Assembly: GCA_032718475.1 (NCBI GenBank)
Contig: JAUCBJ010004643.1
Location: 1-64,000 of the forward strand
DNA length: 64,000 nt
Origin: Nemertoderma westbladi
Taxonomy: Eukaryota > Animalia > Xenacoelomorpha
Reading direction: 5' to 3'
Part shown: piece after piece, positions 12,001 to 24,921 of the stretch
Numbering within the stretch: the stretch's first letter is position 1
Layout of the letters: every line of letters starts with the position of its first letter
Made by a program: the position numbers and the translations under genes
The notes under the pieces: model-generated
Told to the model about the DNA's origin: nothing
Seen by the model: the letters and a program-made list of their open reading frames with translations, nothing else
The model's database searches: none

Positions 12001-15000
12001 CATGTGATTTCCTTAACCTTGTAAGTACTGCAGCCCGGAATAAACTTACCTACAGATAATGTTTGATTCCATGTGATTTCCTTAACCTTGTAAGTACTGC
12101 AGCCCGGAATAAACTTACCAACAGATAATGTTTGATTCCATGTGATTTCCTTAACCTTGTAAGTACTGCAGCACGGAATAAACTTACCTACAGATAATGT
12201 TTGATATCATATGATTTCCTTAACCTTGTAAGTACTGCAGCCCGGAATAAACTTACCTACAGATAATGTTTGATTCCATGTGATTTCCTTAACCTTGTAA
12301 GTACTGCAGCCCGGAATAAACTTACCTACAGATAATGTTTGATATCATATGATTTCCTTAACCTTGTAAGTACTGCAGCCCTTTTAATAAACTTACCTAC
12401 AGATAATGTATGATTCCATGTGATTTCTTTGACCTTGTAAGTACTGCAGCCCGGAATAAACTTACCTACAGATAATGTTTGATTCCATGTGATTTCCTTA
12501 ACCTTGTAAGTAATGCAGCCCGGAATAAACTTACCAACAGATAATGTTTGATTCCATGTGATTTACTTAACCTTGTAAGTACTGCAGCCCGGAATAAACT
12601 TACCTACAGATAATGTTTGATTCCATGTGATTTCCTTAACCTTGTAAGTAATGCAGCCCGGAATAAACTTACCAACAGATAATGTTTGATTCCATGTGAT
12701 TTCCTCAACCTTGTAAGTACTGCAGCCCGTAATAAACTTACCTACAGATAATGTTTGATATCATATGATTTCCTTAACCTTGTAAGTACTACAGCCCGGA
12801 ATAAACTTACCTACAGATAATGTTTGATTCCATGTGATTTCCTTAACCTTGTAAGTACTGCAGCCCGGAATAAACTTACCTACAGATAATGTTTGATTCC
12901 ATGTGAGTTCCTTAACCTTGTAAGTACTGCAGCCCGGAATAAACTTACCTACAGATAATGTTTGGTTCCTTGTGATTTCCTTAACCTTGTAAGTACTGCA
13001 GCCCGGAATAAACTTACCAACAGATAATGTTTGATTCCATGTGATTTCCTTAACCTTGTAAGTACTGCAACCCGGAATAAACTTACCTACAGATAATGTT
13101 TGATATCATATGATTTCCTTAACCTTGTAAGTACTGCAGCCCGGAATAAACTTACCTACAGATAATGTTTGATTCCATGTGATTTCCTTAACCTTGTAAG
13201 TACTGCAGCCCGGAATAAACTTACCTACAGATAATGTTTGATATAATATGATTTCCTTAACCTTGTAAGTACTGCAGCCCGGAATAAACTTACCTACAGA
13301 TAATGTTGGATTCCATGTAATTTCCTTAACCTTGTAAGTACTGCAGCCCGGAATAAACTTACCTACAGATAATGTTTTATATCATATGATTTCCTTAACC
13401 TTGTAAGTACTGCAGCCCGGAATAAACTTACCTACAGATAATGTTTGATTCCATGTGATTTCCTTAACCTTGTAAGTACTGCAGCCCGGAATAAACTTAC
13501 CTACAGATAATGTTTGATATCATATGATTTCCTTAACCTTGTAAGTACTGCAGCCCGGAATAAACTTACCTACAGATAATGTTTGATTCCATGTGATTTC
13601 CTTAACCTTGTAAGTACTGCAGCCCGGAATAAACTTACCAACAGATAATGTTTGATTCCATGTGATTTCTTTGACCTTGTAAGTACTGCAGCCCGGAATA
13701 AACTTACCTACAGATAATGTTTGATTCCATGTGATTTCCTTAACCTTGTAAGTACTGCAGCCCTTTTAATAAACTTACCTACAGATAATGTTTGATTCCA
13801 TGTGATTTCCGTAACCTTGTAAGTACTGCAGCCCGGAATAAACTTACCTACAGATAATGTTTGATTCCATGTAATTTCCTTAACCTTGTAAGTACTGCAG
13901 CCCTTTTAATAAACTTACCTACAGATAATGTTTGATTCCATGTGATTTCCCTAACCTTGTAAGTACTGCAGCCCGGAATAAACTTACCTACAGATAATGT
14001 TTGATTCCATGTGATTTCCTTAACCTTGTAAGTACTGCAGCCCGGAATAAACTTACCTACAGATAATGTTTGATTCCATGTGATTTCCTTAACCTTGTAA
14101 GTACTGCAGCCCGGAATAAACTTACCTACAGATAATGTTTGATTCCATGTGATTGTAATTCTGCAGCCCGGAATAAACTTACCTACAGATAATGTTTGAT
14201 TCCATGTGATTTACTTAACCTTGTAAGTACTGCAGCCCGGAATAAACTTACCTACAGATAATGTTTGATATCATATGATTTCCTTAGCCTTGTAAGTACT
14301 GCAGCCCGGAATAAACTTACCTACAGATAATGTTTGATATCATATGATTTCCTTAGCCTTGTAAGTACTGCAGCCCGGAATAAACTTACCTACAGATAAT
14401 GTTTGATTCCATGTGATTTCCTTAACCTTGTAAGTACTATAGCCCGGAATAAATTTACCAACAGATAATGTATGATTCCATGTGATTTCTTTGACCTTGT
14501 AAGTACTGCAGCCCTGAATAAACTTACCTACAGATAATGTTTGATTCCATGTGATTGTATTTCTGCAGCCCGGAATAAACTTACCTACAGATAATGTTTG
14601 ATTCCATGTGATTGTAATTCTGCAGCCCGGAATAAACTTACCTACAGATAATGTTTGATTCCATGTGATTTGCTTAACCTTGTAAGTACTGTAGCCCGGA
14701 ATAAACTTACCTACAGATAATGTTTGATTCCATGTGATTTCCTTAACCTTGTAAGTACTGCAGCCCGGAATAAACTTACCAACAGATAATGTTTGATTCC
14801 ATGTGATTTACTTAACCTTGTAAGTACTGCAGCCCGGAATAAACTTTCCTACAGATAATGTTTGATTCCATGTGATTTCCTTAACCTTGTAAGTACTGCA
14901 GCCCGGAATAAACTTACCTACAGATAATGTTTGATTCCATGTGATTTCCTTAACCTTGTAAGTACTGCAGCCCGGAATAAACTTACCAACAGATAATGTT

Positions 15001-18000
15001 TGATTCCATGTGATTTCCTTAACCTTGTAAGTACTGCAGCCCGGAATAAACTTACCAACAGATAATGTTTGATTCCATTTGATTTCCTTAACCTTGTAAG
15101 TACTGCAGCCCGGAATAAACTTACCAACAGATAATGTTTGATTCCATGTGATTTCCTTAACCTTGTAAGTACTGCAGCCCGGAATAAACTTACCAACAGA
15201 TAATGTTTGATTCCATGTGATTTCCTTAACCTTATAAGTACTGCAGCCCGGAATAAACTTACCTACAGATAATGTTTGATTCCATGTGATTTCCTTAACC
15301 TTGTAAGTACTGCAGCCCGGAATAAACTTACCAACAGATAATGTTTGATTCCATGTGATTTCCTTAACCTTGTAAGTACTGCAGCCCGGAATAAACTTAC
15401 CTACAGATAATGTTTGATTCCATGTGATTTCCTTAACCTTGTAAGTACTGCAGCCCGGAATAAACTTACCTACAGATAATGTTTGATTCCATGTGATTTC
15501 CTTAACCTTGTAAGTACTGCAGCCCGGAATAAACTTACCAACAGATAATGTTTGATTCCATGTGATTTCCTCAACCTTGTAAGTACTGCAGCCCGGAATA
15601 AACTTACCTACAGATAATGTTTGATTCCATGTGATTTCCTTAACCTTGTAAGTACTGCAGCCCGGAATAAACTTACCAACAGATAATGTTTGATTCCATG
15701 TGATTTCCTTAACCTTGTAAGTACTGCAGCCCGGAATAAACTTACCAACAGATAATGTTTGATTCCATTTGATTTCCTTAACCTTGTAAGTACTGCAGCC
15801 CGGAATAAACTTACCAACAGATAATGTTTGATTCCATGTGATTTCCTTAACCTTGTAAGTACTGCAGCCCGGAATAAACTTACCAACAGATAATGTTTGA
15901 TTCCATGTGATTTCCTTAACCTTATAAGTACTGCAGCCCGGAATAAACTTACCTACAGATAATGTTTGATTCCATGTGATTTCCTTAACCTTGTAAGTAC
16001 TGCAGCCCGGAATAAACTTACCAACAGATAATGTTTGATTCCATGTGATTTCCTTAACCTTGTAAGTACTGCAGCCCGGAATAAACTTACCTACAGATAA
16101 TGTTTGATTCCATGTGATTTCCTTAACCTTGTAAGTACTGCAGCCCGGAATAAACTTACCTACAGATAATGTTTGATTCCATGTGATTTCCTTAACCTTG
16201 TAAGTACTGCAGCCCGGAATAAACTTACCAACAGATAATGTTTGATTCCATGTGATTTCCTCAACCTTGTAAGTACTGCAGCCCGGAATAAACTTACCTA
16301 CAGATAATGTTTGATTCCATGTGATTTCCTTAACCTTGTCAGCCCTTTTAATAAACTGACCTACAAATAATGTTTGATTCCATGTTATTTCCTTAACCTT
16401 GTAAGTACTGCAGCCCGGAATAAACTTACCTACAGATAATGTTTGATTCCATGTGATTTCCTTAACCTTGTAAGTACTGCAGCCCGGAATAAACTTACCT
16501 ACAGATAATGTTTGATTCCATGTGATTTCCTTAACCTTGTAAGTACTGCAGCCCGGAATAAACTTACCAACAGATAATGTTTGATTCCATGTGATTTCCT
16601 TAACCTTGTAAGTACTGCAGCCCGGAATAAACTTACCTACAGATAATGTTTGATTCCATGTGATTTCTTTAACCTTCTTAAGTACTGCAGCCCGGAATAA
16701 ACTAACCTACAGATAATGTTTGATTCCATGTGATTTCCTTAACCTTGTAAGTACTGCAGCCCGGAATAAACTTACCAACAGATAATGTTTGATTCCATGT
16801 GATTTCCTTAACCTTGTAAGTACTGCAGCCCGGAATAAACTTACCTACAGATAATGTTTGATTCCATGTGATTTCCTTAACCTTGTCAGCCCTTTTAATA
16901 AACATACCTACAGATAATGTTTGATTCCATGTGATTTCCTTAACCTTGTAAGTACTGCAGCCTGGAATAAACTTACCTACAGATAATGTTTGATTCCATG
17001 TGATTTCCTTAACCTTGTAAGTACTGCAGCCCGGAATAAACTTACCTACAGATAATGTTTGATTCCATGTGATTTCCTTAAACTTGTCAGCCCTTTTAAT
17101 AAACATACCTACAGATAATGTTTGATTCCATGTGATTTCCTTAACCTTGTAAGTACTGCAGCCCGGAAAAAACTTACCTACAGATAATGTTTGATTCCAT
17201 GTGATTTCCTTAACCTTGTAAGTACTGCAGCCCGGAATAAACTTACCTACAGATAATGTTTGATTCTATGTGATCTCCTTAACCTTGTCAGCCCTTTTAA
17301 TAAACTTACCTACAGATAATGTTTGATTCCATGTGATTTCCTTAACCTTGTAAGTACTGCAGCCCGGAATAAACTTACCTACAGATAATGTTTGATTCCA
17401 TGTGATTGTAATTCTGCAGCACGGAATAAACTTACCTAAAGATAATGTTTGATTCCATGTGATTGTAATTCTGCAGCCCGGAATAAACTTACCTACAGAT
17501 AATGTTTGATTCCATGTGATTTCTTTGACCTTGTAAGTACTGCAGCCCGGAATAAACTTACCAACAGATAATGTTTGATTCCATGTGATTTCCTTAACCT
17601 TGTAAGTACTGAAGCCCGGAATAAACTTACCTACAGATAATGTTTGATTCCATGTGATTGTAATTCTGCAGCCCGGAATAAACTTACCTACAGATAATGT
17701 TTGATTCCATGTGATTTACTTAACCTTGTAAGTACTGCAGCCCGGAATAAACTTACCTACAGATAATGCTAGATTCCATGTGATTTCCTTAACCTTGTAA
17801 GTACTGCAGCCCGGAATAAACTTACCTACAGATAATGTTTGATTCCATGTGATTTCCTTAACCTTGTAAGTACTGCAGCCCGGAATAAACTTACCTACAG
17901 ATAATGTTCGATTCCATTTGATTTCCTTAACCTTGTAAGTACTGCAGCCCGGAATAAACTTACCTACAGATAATGTTTGATTCCATGTGATTTCCGTAAC

Positions 18001-19098
18001 CTTGTAAGTACTGCAGCCCGGAATAAACTTACCTACAGATAATGTTTGATTCCATGTGATTTCCTTAACCTTGTAAGTACTGCAGCCCGGAATAAACTTA
18101 CCTACAGATAATGTTTGATTCCATGTGATTTCCTTAACCTTGTAAGTACTGCAGCCCTTTTAATAAACTTACCTACAGATAATGTTTGATTCCATGTGAT
18201 TTCCTTAACCTTGTAAGTACTGCAGCCCGGAATAAACTTACCTACAGATAATGTTTGATTCCATGTGATTTCCTTAACCTTGTAAGTACTGCAGCCCGGA
18301 ATAAACTTACCTACAGATAATGTTTGATTCCATGTGATTTCCTTAACCTTGTAAGTACTGCAGCCCGGAATAAACTTACCTACAGATAATGTTTGATTCC
18401 ATGTGATTTCCGTAACCTTGTAAGTACTGCAGCCCGGAATAAACTTACCTACAGATAATGTTTGATTCCATGTGATTTCCTTAACCTTGTAAGTACTGCA
18501 GCCCGGAATAAACTTACCTACAGATAATGTTCGATTCCATTTGATTTCCTTAACCTTGTAAGTACTGCAGCCCGGAATAAACTTACCTACAGATAATGTT
18601 TGATTCCATGTGATTTCCTTAACCTTGTAAGTACTGCAGCCCGGAATAAACTTACCTACAGATAATGTTTGATTCCATGTGATTTCCTTAACCTTGTAAG
18701 TACTGCAGCCCTTTTAATAAACTTACCTACAGATAATGTTTGATTCCATGTGATTTCCTTAACCTTGTAAGTACTGCAGCCCGGAATAAACTTACCTACA
18801 GATAATGTTTGATTCCATGTGATTTCCTTAACCTTGTAAGTACTGCAGCCCGGAATAAACTTACCTACAGATAATGTTTGATTCCATGTGATTTCCTTAA
18901 CCTTGTAAGTACTGCAGCCCGGAATAAACTTACCTACAGATAATGTTTGATTCCATGTGATTTCCGTAACCTTGTAAGTACTGCAGCCCGGAATAAACTT
19001 ACCTACAGATAATGTTTGATTCCATGTGATTTCCTTAACCTTGTAAGTACTGCAGCCCGGAATAAACTTACCAACAGATAATGTTTGATTCCATGTGA
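3044..19098. repeat. 69-bp tandem satellite array, ~16 kb, roughly 230-235 monomers, with 57-bp deletion variants
   Basis: Consensus GTACTGCAGCCCGGAATAAACTTACCTACAGATAATGTTTGATTCCATGTGATTTCCTTAACCTTGTAA repeated head-to-tail with few substitutions and no unique spacers. Confidence 0.98.
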
Positions 19099-22000
19099 TT
19101 GATATTACTAATACTACTACTAGGTCGAGCGAACTCGGACAGTGGAAATGAGATCCTTCCAGGCTTCCCGATTCTCCATAGTTGTCGCAATTTCGTTTCT
19201 CCCAAGTTCAGTATCCCTTTCAAGTTGATCTATATATGTTATGGCCGGTCGTCCACGACTAGGCTTTCCATGAGTTGGTTGCCAGAGAAGTAGATCTGGT
19301 ATGACCTCGTCTTTACTTCGCCAACAGTGCCCACTGAATCTTAATCTGCGTTCACGGTGGGTGGTTAATACAGGTGGTATTGTACCATAAAGCTCGGCGT
19401 TTGTCATGTGTTGTCTCCAGCTGATGTTTAGGGCTGCTCTTAGTAGTAGTCTTGTGTAACAACCATCAATTCGTTGTTCAAGTGATTTAGTCAGTGTCCA
19501 GGTCTCACACCGTATAAAAATACACTTTCCACTGTGGCTCGAAAGAACTTAGTCTTTAGGTGCCTGGAGAGATCTGATTTCCAGATGGTATCCATTTTTG
19601 ATAGACCTACACAAGCCTTTGCTTTCCTAACTTCTATGTCCTTTTTGCTACTCTCTATCCATGATCCAAGGTACTGGAAGACATCGACCTTCCTTAGTTG
19701 ATTATTATTAATGGTTGTCAAGTTTTCATCAACATTAAAGGTCATGAATTCGGTCTTGGTAGCATTTATATGCAATCCAACCTCCTTAGCAGCCCTCTCC
19801 ACTTTATTTAGTAGAAGCTGTGCATCTGCTAGCGTATTAGAGAGCAGGGCGATGTCATCCGCAAAGTCGGTGTCTGTGACTGTAGTTGCCGGATATCTAC
19901 TACTTCTGCGTTCTTGAAGTGTGAATCACAGATCTTCACCCTTTGTGGCCGTCCTCATTGCGTAATCCAGCACAATTACAAATAGTAATGGTGCTAATGT
20001 GTCACCTTGCAGTACGCCAGCCAGGATTGAGAAAAACTCAGTTTCACCATCTGGTGAGAATACCTGTGCTTCTGTGTCACAATATAACAATCCAATGCCA
20101 GCAACAATTACTTCTTGTATTCCATAAGCTCTTAGGATTTTAAGCATTTTACCTCTATGGATGGAGTCGAATGCCTTCTTGAAGTCCACAAAAGTCATGA
20201 CTGCGGGGAGATTCTTTGACTTAATTCCTTCAATCAGTCTCCGTAGCGCAAGTATCCGAGCTATTGTTGATCTACTTGGTCGAAATCCGTTTTGGCTCTT
20301 ACGCAGTATTTTCTCTATGTGAGGCCTAATCCTATATAGAATCATTTTATTGTATATTTTGGCAGCTACCACAAGCAGACAGATCCCACTATGATTTGTT
20401 GGTATGCCGAGGTCTCCTTTCTTGGGGAGAGGCTTTAGTTGACCTTTAGTCCAAATTGGTGGTGGCTTTCCCCTTTTAACATCCGGTTGCAAACATTCAA
20501 TAATGGTCTGTTTAGCACTCCGGTTTTCCATACCTCCGCTGGGATTTCATCTAATCCACTCGCTTTATTATTGGACATGCTTTTAATGCTTCTTTGGAGT
20601 TCGACAGGTGTGAAGTCCCCTGTTTCTATAGGTAGTGTCTTGTCATATATTTTCCTTGTAGGGCTGACCTCGATGTTTGGTGGCTGCCCAAGCAAGTTGC
20701 TGAAGTGATTTTTCCACTTCCCAACACGTTCTTCAGGACTATCGGCTTTGAGGCGCCCATTGCATAACTTTTCCGACCAGATACCTCATTTACAGTTTGC
20801 CAGGTAAGTCTTGTTGTTGCTGTATATGAGCAGTTGTAATTGCTTCAGTTTTATCCTGTATGTACTTTTCCTGGCTGATGTTGTAGGCCAATTTAAGATC
20901 GTCCTTAGCGTTCTCAACCTTGTTAATGTTTTCAGTTGTTCGGTTTTAACTTTGTAGGCTATCTTAAGATCTTCTCTCTTACAAGTAACCTTAGAGTTTT
21001 GCCATGGCACATACTGTTTTCGTTTGGGTTTCTGGGGGATATGCCTCTTAGCTGATTCCTTGTGGGCTGTTATTATATTCTGGTATATTGAATAGGTGGA
21101 TTGGTCTTCATCAATTGACTGAAGTGCTTCAAAGCGGTTTTGAACTTCTACTGTATAAGCATCCTTTACAGCATTGTCAGTTCTGAGTTTCTCCCAGTCA
21201 TAGTTGATTTGCTTGCTTGTCCTGGGTTTGCTGGCTCTCAAACTGAGTCTGATCTCTGCAGTCACAATTCTGTGGTCCGAACCAATTAGGTTGAACGAGC
21301 TGTATGCCTCGCAAGTTGATCATGCTGTTTCTCCACTTTTTGTTTATAAGGATGTAATCCAGTTGTGCTTTGGTTCCATTAGGGTATTGAAAGGTCCATA
21401 GCTTCCCCTTACTCTTTTCGAATGTGTTGTTTGTTGGTATCAATTCACATTCGTTCCATTAGGTCTAAAAGTAAGTACCCATTTCTGTTAGAACTGGTGT
21501 TATAGGTGTGACCCTTGATGTCTTCTGGGCCAATTTGCGCATTCAGGTCACCAGCAATGACTTTAACATTGTGTTTCGGAATGTCCTTTATAAGTCCAGT
21601 CAGTTCTTCATAAAACTTGACTGCTTGTTCTGGCTCTGAGGCATTGGTTGGACTGTAGCAACATATAACTGTTGCCTTGGGATTCCCATCAAATGTTGCG
21701 ATCATAACCCTGGAATTTATAGATTCGATGTTGTTTAGGGTCTTAAGTGCAAATGGGCTTAGCAGAATTCCTACTCCACAAATTGATACATTGGCCGAGT
21801 TTCTTACTGCTGAGCTTGTTACTAACGTCCATCCATTTCCAATGTCATTGTACTTCATGGCAGTGTCTTCATGACAAATCCGATGTTCTTGGATGCAGAT
21901 GATGTCGATGTTATATTCCATTGCCAGAGCGACCATGTCACCCTGTTTGGTATGTGCTTTCAGCGTGCGTGCGTTCATTGTAGCAATCTTTAGTGTCTTT

Positions 22001-22250
22001 TTACATTTCAACAGGTTGGTTCTTCTTTCTTCTCTGTCTTCTGTATCTTGTATTTGGATATTATCCGCATCTTATTTGGTGTCCTCAGCATTTAGACCCC
22101 CGTATTGACTCTCATAGGAGCACTGGTTCTACAACTCTAGATTTGAGACATGGGGGGGGGGGGGGGGGGGGGACTCGACGCAAATCCAAATTGACCCTTT
22201 TTTGGCGACTAATGGTCTCACCCAGTCGGCAGGTCGCTGCCTATCACAAG
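19099..22250 (-). mobile_element. Near full-length RTE-like non-LTR retrotransposon (APE + RT), frameshifted
   Basis: APE motifs at 21445-22011 (IATMNART, ICIQEHR, CYSPTN, AGDLNA) and QLDYIL; RT motifs QNGFR, FVDFKKAFDS, GVLQGDTLAP, DFADD (~19855), FQYLGS, RLRFSGHC; very short 3' UTR with TAG/TAA-type simple tail at 19099-19120. 5' end approximate; no TSD found. Confidence 0.9.
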
Positions 22251-22436
22251 CCTAATTATCTAATTAACTATAACTCATCACGTTTTAAGCAATATGATTG
22301 GTGTAAAGCTCATTGTACGTCTAAATAATAATTTCGTAATAAAGTACTAAATGTAATATAAGTAATACTATTTATATGATAATTATATTATTCTTATATA
22401 TGTTATATAGATATAATCATAGGCCTACCTATATAG

Positions 22437-22710
22437 AGACTATAGGTGGAGCCGACTTTGCCGACCAAATCGACTATTCCGACCACCCCTGTATATGATA
22501 TATGTAAGCCGACCAGCCGACCACTGTAACTTACTCTCAGTTCACTGGGTCGAAGAGTCGCTTATTGTAGACCTATGATGATATGTAAACCGACCAATTG
22601 CGACTTACCCTCAGTTTACTGGGTCGAAAAGTCAGTCGCCTTTATTAACGGCCCAAGAGGTGGTCGGAAGAGTCGATTTGGTCGGTAAGGTCGGCCGCAC
22701 CTATAGTCTA
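22437..22710. mobile_element. MITE-like element with ~50-bp terminal inverted repeats
   Basis: agactataggtggagccgactttgccgaccaaatcgactattccgaccacc is the reverse complement (few mismatches) of ggtggtcggaagagtcgatttggtcggtaaggtcggccgcacctatagtct. Confidence 0.75.
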
Positions 22711-22799
22711 CATCAATAAACGATGTTGTTACCAATTGAGGGAAATGAGCAGGTTACAGAGACGGGTTTTTCAAGTCAAGTCTCCCTCTCTCTATAAAA

Positions 22800-23125
22800 C
22801 TATTAGACACAGTGAACTGAGTGTAAGTCGCAAGAGTGATCGGCTGTTAAGCTTACATATAATCATATATACTATATAGACTATATGGAGGGTCGTTAAA
22901 AGTCGCAAAACTTTATATGTAGACTATAGGTGGAGCCGACCTTGCCGACCAATTCGACTATTCCGACCACCTCTGGGGCCGTGTATAAAGGCGACTATTC
23001 GATCCAGTGAACTGAGGGTAACTCGCAAGTGGTCGGTAGTTCGCGGCTAACCTAAATACTCTCCATGTAAACAAGCCGACTTCTAGCGATCCCCCTGTGG
23101 TCGGCTGGTCGGCTTTCATGTACTG
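22800..23125. mobile_element. Partial, inverted relatives of the same MITE family
   Basis: 22920-23040 restarts with tagactataggtggagccgacc and is the reverse complement of ~22585-22710; CCGAC motifs are shared. Confidence 0.6.
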
Positions 23126-23599
23126 TATAATAGTTAACACATACACAATAATTCAAATAGACATTAAATATATAATTAATAGTAAATAGTAATAACTGGC
23201 CAACTAATATATATAGTACGTAGTTATACCAATTAACCAATCAAATGCTGTACATGATAATGAGGGACAGCAATTAGGGTAGACGCATTGTTATTGGATT
23301 CATATAGCCGACCATTGCGTCGATAAAATTTTTACTAAGAAGAATATTCTATATATTCTATATTGTATAATCTTTATTAAGAAAATAATACTGAATAGTT
23401 TACATAATACATACATTAATGTTTCTGCTTTTCTTGCTAAGATGATCGGTTCTTAAACACACTTAGTAGGCCTACAATAATAATTATGGTGAATACTAAT
23501 ATTAAGCAAATGGACCTTTGCCCATCAGGTTTGCCATATGGTAGATTGATTTAATATTAAATTGCCTAGGTAAATCTACTGAAATATAAAACTACAGAA

Positions 23600-24913
23600 T
23601 ATTGGCATGTGGGGCGAGCCACGAAGTTGGCGGAGCCTTAGCGAATTGACACTGTTAGGGGGTGGGTCAATTTATGCAAATAGTTGTCGTCGTCGTCGTT
23701 GTCGTCGTCGTCGTCGTCGTCGTTGTCGTCGTCGTCGTCGTTACGATTTTGACATGCTAATAACTTTGTCGGATTTAAAGCTGCCAAGTTGAAAATTTGT
23801 AGGTATCAATATGAGCAAAAGTTGAGATTTTTGAGAGACTTTCAGACACCATCAGTGCAATGGTCTCCCGCTAGAGGGCCACATGTCTAAACATTAAATG
23901 CCCTCCCATTTCTTTGCTTTTAATCCGTTTAAGCTGAAACTTGGCAGATATGTATTAGACCATTAGCTGTGACTTTCAAAGGAGGCGAATCCATCTGCAG
24001 TTCTCCAGTCTGCCGCTAGAGGGCCAAAGGTCTGAAAGTGAAATCGTTGTCGTCGTTACGATTTTGACATGCTAATAACTTTGTCGGATTTAAAGCTGCC
24101 AAGTTGAAAATTTGTAGGTATCAATATGAGCTAAAGTTGAGATTTTTGAGAGACTTTCAGACACCATCAGTGCAATGGTCTCCCGCTAGAGGGCCACATG
24201 CCTAAACATTAAATGCCCTCCCATTTCTTTGCTTTTAATCCGTTTAAGCTGAAACTTGGCAGATATGTATTAGACCATTAGCTGTGACTTTCAAAGGAGG
24301 CGAATCCATCTGCAGTTCTCCAGTCTGCCGCTAGAGGGCCAAATGTCTGAAAGTGAAATCGTTGTCGTCGTTATGATATTGACATGCTTATAACTTTGTC
24401 GAATTTAAAGCTGCCAAGTTGAAAATTTGTTTTGTTGAAAATCAGTTCAACAGTCACCCGCTATAGGACTACTTTATGCCTGAAAGTGAATAGATTCTCC
24501 CGTCTCATTGATTTTAATCAGTTTAAGCTGAATCTTGCCATATATTCTGGACCACATGCTGCGTCTTTGTGGGGGGGGGGGAGGGGAGATTTAATCGGTC
24601 TGCCGCTATACGACGAAATTTCTGAAAGTGAGATCCGTCTCTCATTTCGTTATCCGTTATTCAAGATGAAACTTGGCCGATGTACGTATGTACTATTCAT
24701 CCATAGGTTGTGTCTTTGTGGGGCTGGAGACCCTAATCCATCTTCAGTTCTCACTATACCGCTAGAGTCAGAAATGTCTGAATGGAAATGAAAGAGGTAA
24801 AAAGTGATTAGGCGAAATCTGCTTAAAATTTGCTAATACAGTAATACTTTCGAATTAGTACTTAAATTAAATTTAAGTCACGTGCTGCGCGAAGGCCCCA
24901 CTTCGTGTATGGT
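23600..24913. mobile_element. Non-autonomous element with (GTC)n microsatellite and internal 315-bp tandem repeats; HINE/Helentron-like architecture
   Basis: Subterminal inverted motif cacgaagttgg (~23620) / ccacttcgtg (~24898); (GTC)n at 23683-23740; repeat starts at 23739, 24054, 24369 (period 315), decaying to ~24790. Family assignment and ends are inferred. Confidence 0.55.
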
Positions 24914-24921
24914 AGTATGGA

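Noticed and set aside
3264-17106. Repetitive ORFs inside the satellite as real genes
   Set aside because: The 69-bp unit is a multiple of 3; frames stay open only where TAG>TTG variants cluster, and most units carry the stop.
3044-19098. CRISPR-like array
   Set aside because: Monomers are contiguous with no unique spacers, there are no cas genes, and the context is eukaryotic.
23607-23792. Protamine-like Arg-rich 61-aa ORF
   Set aside because: It is the translation of the (GTC)n microsatellite.
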